From: an uncultured Anaerolineales bacterium
Lineage (GTDB): Bacteria > Chloroflexota > Anaerolineae > B4-G1
NCBI GenBank assembly: GCA_964393895.1
Contig: CAYMWP010000003.1
Coordinates: 18,351-82,350, forward strand
Direction of reading: 5' to 3'
Length of the DNA: 64,000 bases
This document shows, in pieces, positions 36,268 to 43,029 of this stretch. Within the stretch, counting starts at the first letter, position 1. The number at the start of each line of letters is the position of its first letter. A program made the position numbers and the translations under genes. The notes beneath the pieces were generated by a model, which did no database searches, was not told the DNA's origin, and saw only the letters and a list, made by a program, of their open reading frames with translations.

Positions 36268-36909
36268 TCAAATCGTTGGATCACGCGGTTCCAGTGCGGC
36301 TACTCCGGCGATGAACTTGCGTTTTCCTCCGTGAGATGGATGTCTGATGTAGGGAGCCGGCCGGCCGATCTTGGCCAGCGCCCGCTCCGCCACGCGCCCG
36401 ACGGCGTAGGGTCGCGCCGACGGGAACAGGGCCAGGAAGCAACGCAGCACTTTTAGCCCGTCGCCTAAATCCTGACCTGGGGCGCGGTTGGAGAGCGGGC
36501 CTTGCTCGCCGAACGGGTGCCAGGGAAAGGCGTTCCACAATATGCAGTCCGCCCGTTCGCTCAAAGGCTGCCACACGATCTTGGCCGAACGCTCGACCCA
36601 CAGGCTTGCCGCCGTGCTGCTGCGGGCCAGGTCTTGACCCCGCGTCCAGTTCAATCGCTCCGGGCCGACCAGTTGCGCTTCGCAGGTGAACGGAATGCCG
36701 GAAAAGCGGCAACCGGCGTAGCCGGCTCCCTCGCCTACCAGCACGTAGCGCGCGCCGGAGAATATCTCCAGGTAACGGCGTAGGTTGCGGCGGCGTATCT
36801 CTGCCCCGTTAGGGACATCCAGTTCGTGATCAACGTCGCGGTACTGGTTGAACGCCCTGGGGTTGCTGTAGGCGTTCAGTAGCCCAAATAGCTCATCACT
36901 GTCAGTCAC
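36268..36909 (-). CDS. Uracil-DNA glycosylase superfamily protein (non-canonical family)
   Basis: VLVGEGAGYAGCRFSGIPFT matches the UDG-superfamily motif A region. HPSHGG lies near the C-terminus. ATGA overlap with the recJ stop. Confidence 0.75.
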   Translation of the reverse strand: MTDSDELFGLLNAYSNPRAFNQYRDVDHELDVPNGAEIRRRNLRRYLEIFSGARYVLVGEGAGYAGCRFSGIPFTCEAQLVGPERLNWTRGQDLARSSTAASLWVERSAKIVWQPLSERADCILWNAFPWHPFGEQGPLSNRAPGQDLGDGLKVLRCFLALFPSARPYAVGRVAERALAKIGRPAPYIRHPSHGGKRKFIAGVAALEPRDPTI

Positions 36910-39233
36910 GATGTTATCAACGTCTCCTTGGCGGCGCGGGCAAAGTGAGCGCGGTAGGCGGCTGTCTCTCTCAGCAGTTTCTCCAAGCGAGCGGCCGCTT
37001 GGTTCAGCCCTGCGCCTGATTTCTGGTCGCCGATCGTCAGATGTGCCTCGTCGTCTGTGCCTTGAGCCTTCAGGATCCCCTTGGCCTCCAGCCAGGCTAA
37101 CCCGGCCCGCACGGTCGCCTCTCGCTGAGCGGTGGCCGCCGCCAGGGTGGAGATGCTGACCCGGCCTCGATTGGCGTTAAGCGCACGTTTGGTCAGTCCG
37201 AGCAACCGTTTCAGGAACGCCTCGAAATCGTCCAGCCCCGGCTCTGTACCAAAGAGATAGATCGTCTCCGGCGAGACCTTGTCCAGCGCGGCCTGCAATT
37301 CTTTGGGGCCGGGGGGCGTGGTCCAGATGGCGAGAGCTTGTGATGGCTCTAGCTCTCGCCTATCGCGACCCGCGACTTGCGCTCTGGCCTCCGCTTCGCT
37401 CCACACTTGCACTTGCTTCTGCTCTCGCAACTGTTCCAGCAACGTATGCGGGTGAGATTCTTGCCTATAGTCCACCACCTGCAACCTGCGACCGGAGATT
37501 GGGGGATGGAGATCGGGGATGGGAGATCTGACGCGGGCATCTACCCACACCACCTGCACCTCTCGCTGACCGCGATAGTCGCTGGCCTGCACGGCGTAGG
37601 CCAGATCGAACTGACCCTGCGGCAACGAGGACTCGTCCCCCCGCCACCAGAGCACTTTTTGCGTCGCGCCAGCCTCGTCCTCCACGACCAGCCGCAGATG
37701 CTCGCCGGTACGGCCTATGGTGGTGTGGCTTTCCAGCCTCAGCCCCTTGCTCGCCAGAGTCAGCGCGGGATTGCCCGGCCCGAAAGGAGCCAGCCGCTCC
37801 AACTGCTCCACCAGGTCGAGTGACAGGTCGGAGAGCGGCAGGTAGCCATCTATGGGGAGTGTGTTAGACCCCAAGGGTCTCAGAAGACCCTTGGGGTCTC
37901 TCGTTAGCGCGCGACTGAATTCGGGGATGCGCTCTGGCTCGATGCTCAACCCGGCCGCCATTGGATGGCCGCCGAAACGGACCAGCATCTCGCGCTGGGC
38001 GGCTATGGCGGCGTGAATGTCACAGCCTGGGATGGAACGAGCTGATCCCCGGCCCAGCTTGCCGGGAGGGGTGGCGATGAGGATCGTGGGGCGGTTGTAC
38101 TGCTCGGCCAAGCGCCCGGCCACGATGCCGATGACGCCAGCCGGCCAATCGGGATGGCTCAGCACCAGCGCCTTGTACTCCAGCAATGAGGGATCGCGCT
38201 CGATCTGCGTCTGTGCTCCTTGAAGGACCTGATCGCATAGCAGCTTGCGCTGGGCGTTCAACCCGTCCATCTCGGCGGCCAGGATACGGGCGCGGGCCAG
38301 GTCGGCGGTGGTCAGAAACTCGACGGCAATGGTGGCGTCGGCCAACCGGGCCAGGGCGTTGAGGCGGGGAGCCAATGCAAAGCCGATGTGCTCCTCAGTG
38401 AGCCGCTCAGGGTTGAGACCGGCGGCCTCTATCATTGCCTGGAGGCCCAACCGCTCGGTGTGACGCAACGCCTCCAGGCCGCGTTGGAGCAGGTGGCGGG
38501 TGTCGCCGGTTTGGGTCGCCACGTCGGCCACGATGCCCAGGGCCACCAGATCGAGGTATTGTGCTGCCTCTTCCGCTCGGCTCGCTCGCTCGTACAGGGC
38601 CTCGGCCAGTTTGTAGGCCACGCCCACTCCCGGAAGTTCGCGCAATGGATGGGTTTCTGGCAGCAGTTTGGGATTGACCACAGCGTGGGCTTCCGGCAGG
38701 GTCGGGGGCAGATCGTGATGGTCGGTGACGATCACGTCCACGCCCTGCGAGCGGGCGTAGGCAATCGCTGCGTGGGCGGTGACGCCGGTATCGCAGGTCA
38801 GCACCAGTTGCACCCCCTCGGCGATGAGCCGTTCCAGTATGGGAGTGTGAAGCCCGTGCCCCCCTTCCTCACGGTTGGGGATGTAGTAGGTGACGGCCGT
38901 GCCCTGCGGCGAGCCTCGTCGAGCCACCAGCTCCCGCAGTGTGGAGACCAGGATAGTCGTCGCCGTCTGGCCGTCCACGTCAAAGTCGCCCCAAACGCAG
39001 ATCGCCTCGCCCTGGCGGATGGCGCGCTCCAATCGCTCTGCGGCTCGAACCAGGTGCGGCAGTTCGGCCGGCGGGGTGGGCTGATAGCGGGCGGGGTCGA
39101 GGAAGGCGCGGGCCGTTTCCACGTCGGTGAACCCGCGTCGGGCCAGTGTCTCTGCCACCAGCGGGTGCCCGCCGACGGCAGAGCGCAGCGCGTCAGGTAC
39201 TCGCACTTTCTGTGGTTCGATCCAATCTTTCAC
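36906..39233 (-). CDS. recJ: Single-stranded-DNA-specific exonuclease RecJ
   Basis: DHH motifs (WGDFDVDGQTATTIL, TCDTG, VIVTDHH) and DHHA1 (FGGHPMAAGLSI), plus a long C-terminal extension. Confidence 0.9.
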   Translation of the reverse strand: MKDWIEPQKVRVPDALRSAVGGHPLVAETLARRGFTDVETARAFLDPARYQPTPPAELPHLVRAAERLERAIRQGEAICVWGDFDVDGQTATTILVSTLRELVARRGSPQGTAVTYYIPNREEGGHGLHTPILERLIAEGVQLVLTCDTGVTAHAAIAYARSQGVDVIVTDHHDLPPTLPEAHAVVNPKLLPETHPLRELPGVGVAYKLAEALYERASRAEEAAQYLDLVALGIVADVATQTGDTRHLLQRGLEALRHTERLGLQAMIEAAGLNPERLTEEHIGFALAPRLNALARLADATIAVEFLTTADLARARILAAEMDGLNAQRKLLCDQVLQGAQTQIERDPSLLEYKALVLSHPDWPAGVIGIVAGRLAEQYNRPTILIATPPGKLGRGSARSIPGCDIHAAIAAQREMLVRFGGHPMAAGLSIEPERIPEFSRALTRDPKGLLRPLGSNTLPIDGYLPLSDLSLDLVEQLERLAPFGPGNPALTLASKGLRLESHTTIGRTGEHLRLVVEDEAGATQKVLWWRGDESSLPQGQFDLAYAVQASDYRGQREVQVVWVDARVRSPIPDLHPPISGRRLQVVDYRQESHPHTLLEQLREQKQVQVWSEAEARAQVAGRDRRELEPSQALAIWTTPPGPKELQAALDKVSPETIYLFGTEPGLDDFEAFLKRLLGLTKRALNANRGRVSISTLAAATAQREATVRAGLAWLEAKGILKAQGTDDEAHLTIGDQKSGAGLNQAAARLEKLLRETAAYRAHFARAAKETLITS
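37866..37897. repeat. Palindromic element copy inside the recJ coding sequence
   Basis: GACCCCAAGGGTC tcagaa GACCCTTGGGGTC has perfect 13-bp arms. It is read in frame as DPKGLLRPLGS. Confidence 0.85.
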
Positions 39234-39236
39234 GTC

Positions 39237-40088
39237 TCAGTACTCGATCTCTGCGATCTGCTCAAAGTCAAGCGATATGTCGAAATCTTGGGTCAATTCG
39301 TCCTCCATCTTGTCCAACGGGCCGGCCTCGACCCCGCGCTGGCACAGCGAGCGGTAGCGGCAGTAGCGGCAGTTCCGCTCGTCGGACGTGCGCGGGTAGG
39401 GAGGATCGCCGATCTGCCCTACGAGCGAGGTCAGGTAAGCCTCGTCCGCCTTGTACTGGGCCGCGCTGTAGGGGAAGCGGGCGGGATCGTCTGGAAAGTT
39501 GGCGAACCAGTAGACCATCTCCACCTGTTCGGGCGCGAGCGGCTGCCCGCCGTTGAGGTGGTCGCCCGCCAGCACCAGCAGGTAGGGGTAGACCTTGGTC
39601 TGCAACCGCTCGGCCAGGTATTTGCGCTTGGGTCGTCTGCGGGACGTCTTCCAGTCCAGGATGACGGCCCGGCGCCCAGGGTCTACTGTGACGAGGTCGT
39701 ACTTGGCGACCAGGCGGTAGTCGCCCAGCGGCGCGGACAGGACGATCTCTGGATGGCGAGACGCGGGTAGATTCTCTGGCCCGTGCGTCAAATAGTTGTG
39801 CCACCAGCGGCGCAGGTCGGCGTCGGTTGCGGCGCACGCGAGTTGTTCTTCTGGGATGCCCAGCAGGTGTTGGTGCATCAGGCGGTGGAAGGCGGCTCCT
39901 TGCTGCATGTGGCGCTCGTTTTCCAGGGCGGGTTGCGCCTCGTGGGCGGGCCAGTCCACGTGCTCCACGTAGCCGAGTTGGAAGCGGCGCGGGCAGTCGG
40001 CGTAATCCTGGAGGCTGGCCTGATTGTATGAAGTAGGGAGTAGGGAGTAGGGAGTAGGGGGAGTGGAGGGAGTAGGTGTTGTTGTCAT
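39237..40088 (-). CDS. PD-(D/E)XK (Cas4/AddB-like) nuclease with a C-terminal Cys cluster
   Basis: Start at ATG 40088 (MTTTPTPS...). YADCPRRFQL at the N-terminus, DLV...ILDWKT in the core, and CRYCRYRSLC at the C-terminus, typical of Fe-S PD-(D/E)XK nucleases. Confidence 0.8.
   Translation of the reverse strand: MTTTPTPSTPPTPYSLLPTSYNQASLQDYADCPRRFQLGYVEHVDWPAHEAQPALENERHMQQGAAFHRLMHQHLLGIPEEQLACAATDADLRRWWHNYLTHGPENLPASRHPEIVLSAPLGDYRLVAKYDLVTVDPGRRAVILDWKTSRRRPKRKYLAERLQTKVYPYLLVLAGDHLNGGQPLAPEQVEMVYWFANFPDDPARFPYSAAQYKADEAYLTSLVGQIGDPPYPRTSDERNCRYCRYRSLCQRGVEAGPLDKMEDELTQDFDISLDFEQIAEIEY
40032..40059. repeat. Tandem heptamer array (AGTAGGG x4)
   Basis: Four perfect AGTAGGG units, followed by degenerate units up to about 40077. 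They encode the nuclease N-terminus on the minus strand. Confidence 0.9.
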
Positions 40089-40540
40089 TGGCGGCGCTCC
40101 GTGCTGGCGACGAGGCCGTTGAGCAGGCGGCCTACTGTCTCTGATTGGGCCATCAAATCGGTATAGGATGGAATGTATTTCAGGTCTTGGGATGACTTTC
40201 CTGAAAAAAGGTGTTGGTTTGTTCGTCGGTGGGGATAAAATGCCCAAAAACCAGGTTTTTTGGTGAGATATTCCCACAAACACGTCAATTTTGAGCCAAA
40301 AGTGGGACGCTGTCCCATAAAACCATTGAAAAACCTGGTTTTTTCAGTGGGGTCTTGGGATAGGATGAAAAAGTATTCTAGCTCTTCCAGAGAGCCTTCC
40401 GAGATGTTGTAGAAGCGGATCTTGTCTCGAACCCCGCGTCGTTTGAACCCCTCGGCGATGTTGGCCGGTACTGAGACCGCCGCCCGTTTATGAGCTTCCT
40501 GCCACGTCTCTAGTTGTCGAAAATGCGAGATCTTCCCCAT
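40085..40540 (-). CDS. Four-helix-bundle protein (23S rRNA intervening-sequence protein family), apparently decayed
   Basis: RAAVSVPANIAEGFKRR...GSLEELEYFFILSQD...VGRLLNGLV matches the family. About 28 aa are missing after WQEAHK, and 56 unrelated codons are inserted. The ORF is still open. Confidence 0.55.
   Translation of the reverse strand: MGKISHFRQLETWQEAHKRAAVSVPANIAEGFKRRGVRDKIRFYNISEGSLEELEYFFILSQDPTEKTRFFNGFMGQRPTFGSKLTCLWEYLTKKPGFWAFYPHRRTNQHLFSGKSSQDLKYIPSYTDLMAQSETVGRLLNGLVASTERRQ
40194..40350. mobile_element. MITE-like 157-bp insertion flanked by an 11-bp direct repeat
   Basis: GGTCTTGGGAT occurs at 40183-40193 and 40351-40361. The insert carries the palindromes AAAAACCAGGTTTTT and AAAAACCTGGTTTTT, and its ends are CTGAAAAAA and TTTTTTCAG. 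Confidence 0.45.
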
Positions 40541-40545
40541 ACTCT

Positions 40546-40566
40546 CTACTCCTTACTCCCTACCCC
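40546..40566. repeat. Tandem heptamer array (TACTCCY x3), inverted relative to 40032-40059
   Basis: TACTCCT TACTCCC TACCCCC, the reverse complement of the permuted AGTAGGG unit. It encodes the helicase C-terminus and stop. Confidence 0.8.
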
Positions 40567-42819
40567 CTCTTCCTCCCAGAACGTCTGCAAAGCAATGAAC
40601 GGCGCTGCCGGCTGCTGGTCGCCGCGCCGGCCGGTGTTCCAGGTGACGATCAGTTCCTTCTTGGCGCGCGTGATGCCCACGTAGAGCAGGCGCAGCCGCT
40701 CGGCGGCGTATTCCTGCCGCGCCTCCTGGGTCACTTGGCGCTCCTGGTATTCGTACACGGGCAGGTCGCCCTCGGCCAGGACCGCCTCCAACTGGGCCAG
40801 GGCCTCCGCCTCCAGGTTTATCCGCTCGCGCACGAACCATTTCTCCGAGATGAACTGGTCGTGGGGGCGGGCGGAGGGAAAGTTATAGTTGTTGACCGAC
40901 ATCAGGTAGACCCGGTCCCATTCCAGCCCCTTGGCCTTGTGGATGGTGGCGATCACGACCTTGCCCTTGTGCCTTTCGGGGTCAAAGCCTCTGTCGTCGG
41001 CGCTCAGCCCCAGGAAGCGGCGCTCGTTGCGGGCCACGACCGCCAGTTCCTCGACCAGCTCCGGCAGTCGCCAATCGGGATGGCTGGCGCTCATGCGCCG
41101 CAGGACGCCGGCCAGTTTGTGAGCCACGGCCAGGTCGGCCGGTTCCTCGAACAGGTCTTGGGCCAACGTGAGGATCAGTTGATCCACCGGCAGCAGGGTG
41201 CCCCCCTGCCAGCGCCGAATCAATACGCGGAACTCGGCCAGTTGCTCGTGGATCCTTCGGCCATACTCAGGACAGGTATTGGGGAACTCGGCGGCCATCT
41301 CCAGCCCGGCCAGCCAGTCCCGATCCACCTGGGGCCACACGAAATCCTCCACCCGCCGACATTTGCTCAACCTCCTGGCAATCCACTCGAGTTGTTCCCT
41401 GGTCTCTTTGTCCTCGCGGTCGTCTCGCCGCCACACTTTGTAGGCGGTCGCCAGTTTACTGGGGGAGGCGGGGTCGGCCAGGTACTTGAGGACATTGCCC
41501 AGAGCGCCGGCCGTCTCGCGGGTCTCTCGCGTGCTGCGCAGGAGCTCGACGTATTCCAGGCCGCGTCTCTTCAACTCGGCCGCCAGCTCAAAGCCGCGAT
41601 TGTTGCGCGGCACGAGCACGGCCACCGTCTGGTCGGGGCGGTCTGGCAGCCAGCTTGATAGGGAATCGGCCACGGCCCGCAGCTCTTCCTGGGGTGTGAA
41701 CTTTTGAGCGACGATGCGCACTTTGTCGGGGTCGTCGGGCGGGTTGGGCTGGGGGTCGCCGGGCGGGGCCGGCTCGATGTGCGGTGGGGTGAGCGCCTCC
41801 CGCACTGCCTCCACCGGGTGCCGGGTTTGCGTCCAGTCAATGAGATAGTTGGCCAGCGCGATGATGCTGCGGGTGGAGCGGCCAGAGTTGGGCAACTCGC
41901 GGGCTTCCACCTCCTCCTCTTCCAGGAAGGTGCGCAGGTATTTCGGATCGGCGGTGGTAAAGGTCTCATAGATGGCCTGGTTGGGGTCGCCGACGCGCAC
42001 CCAGTTGCCGCCTGGCCCGCAGAGGAGGCGCAGGATTTGCTCCTGCAGGCGGCTGCTATCCTGGGCCTCGTCCTCCAGGATAAAGGGCCATTGGTGCTGC
42101 AAGCGTTCCAGCAGGTCACGGTCCATCTCCAGGGCTTGCAGCGCCAGGCGGATCAGGTCGTCGAAATCCACCGCGCCGCGATAGCGCAGCGCGCGCTGGT
42201 AGTCGGCATAGATGGCGGCTCCCATCTCGACCAACGGGAACGAGGGCGAGCGTCGTTCCAGGCGGCCCTGGATTTTATCCGGCGTGCCCTCCAGGTCCTT
42301 GGCCCGCTTGATAAAGCTGCGGGCGACGCCGGTCACCAGGTCGGGCCACTGACCGCGGCGCACCCAGTTCTGTTTTCCCTCTTCCAGGTCTGGCGATATG
42401 AACTCGTCGGCGACGTGAGGGTTGGCCCGCAGCCAGGCGGCCGCCGCCTCCTGTAGGATCCCGTCCGCCTCCCGCTCGTCCACGATCTGGAAATCGTCCG
42501 CGAGGCCGACCAGCGCCGGCCGCTCGCGGACGATGTCGTGGGCCAGGCCGTGCAGTGTGCGCACCCGGTAGCCCAGGTTGGGCAGCAGCCCGCGCTCCTG
42601 GACAAAGGCGGCCACGCGGCCGGCGAAATTATCCACGGCCGAGTTGACCAGCGTCACGACCAACACTTCTTGATCGTCCGCGAGCCGTCCGCTGGCGACG
42701 ATTTGCGCGGCCAGGGCGGAAAGCGTGAGCGTCTTGCCGCTGCCGGGCACGGCCGCGACGCCCATCTTGCCGCCGATATAGTCGAGAACTTGCTGCTGTT
42801 TGGGTCGTGGTTTAAACAT
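40546..42819 (-). CDS. UvrD/PcrA/AddA-like superfamily 1 DNA helicase
   Basis: Walker A AVPGSGKTLTLSA, FILEDEAQDSS, VIATIHKAKGLEWDRVYL and LLYVGITRAKKEL. Confidence 0.9.
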   Translation of the reverse strand: MFKPRPKQQQVLDYIGGKMGVAAVPGSGKTLTLSALAAQIVASGRLADDQEVLVVTLVNSAVDNFAGRVAAFVQERGLLPNLGYRVRTLHGLAHDIVRERPALVGLADDFQIVDEREADGILQEAAAAWLRANPHVADEFISPDLEEGKQNWVRRGQWPDLVTGVARSFIKRAKDLEGTPDKIQGRLERRSPSFPLVEMGAAIYADYQRALRYRGAVDFDDLIRLALQALEMDRDLLERLQHQWPFILEDEAQDSSRLQEQILRLLCGPGGNWVRVGDPNQAIYETFTTADPKYLRTFLEEEEVEARELPNSGRSTRSIIALANYLIDWTQTRHPVEAVREALTPPHIEPAPPGDPQPNPPDDPDKVRIVAQKFTPQEELRAVADSLSSWLPDRPDQTVAVLVPRNNRGFELAAELKRRGLEYVELLRSTRETRETAGALGNVLKYLADPASPSKLATAYKVWRRDDREDKETREQLEWIARRLSKCRRVEDFVWPQVDRDWLAGLEMAAEFPNTCPEYGRRIHEQLAEFRVLIRRWQGGTLLPVDQLILTLAQDLFEEPADLAVAHKLAGVLRRMSASHPDWRLPELVEELAVVARNERRFLGLSADDRGFDPERHKGKVVIATIHKAKGLEWDRVYLMSVNNYNFPSARPHDQFISEKWFVRERINLEAEALAQLEAVLAEGDLPVYEYQERQVTQEARQEYAAERLRLLYVGITRAKKELIVTWNTGRRGDQQPAAPFIALQTFWEEEGVGSKE

Positions 42820-42829
42820 TGTTCCTCAA

Positions 42830-42857
42830 ACGTAAGACGTAAAACGTGAAACGTAAT
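42830..42857. repeat. Tandem degenerate heptamer array (ACGTRAN x4)
   Basis: ACGTAAG ACGTAAA ACGTGAA ACGTAAT, immediately upstream of the helicase start at 42819. Confidence 0.85.
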
Positions 42858-43000
42858 GATTGGGGTGTGTTTCAAACGAGTTGTGGATTGGGTGGCATAG
42901 CCCCTCGTGGGCACCTTATAGGCCATTTAACGGGCACAAGGCCCTACACTACAACCGAAATGAAACACGCCCTAATGATTTTCGGGCCACTCTCTTGCGC

Positions 43001-43029
43001 ATTACGTATTACGCATTACGCAATTACGT
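43001..43029. repeat. Tandem degenerate heptamer array (ATTACGY x4), inverted relative to 42830-42857
   Basis: ATTACGT ATTACGC ATTACGC AATTACGT, overlapping the 3' end of the upstream helicase gene. Confidence 0.85.

Noticed and set aside
40085-40540. The 151-aa ORF considered as a novel intact protein.
   Set aside because: Comparison with the four-helix-bundle family pattern shows an internal deletion and a repeat-bounded insertion. It is more parsimoniously a decaying gene whose frame happens to remain open.
40032-43029. Heptamer arrays and palindromic repeats considered as a possible CRISPR array.
   Set aside because: The repeat units are 7 nt in direct tandem, or single about 32-nt palindromes. 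There is no regular repeat-spacer periodicity and no cas genes apart from a Cas4-like nuclease in a repair context.
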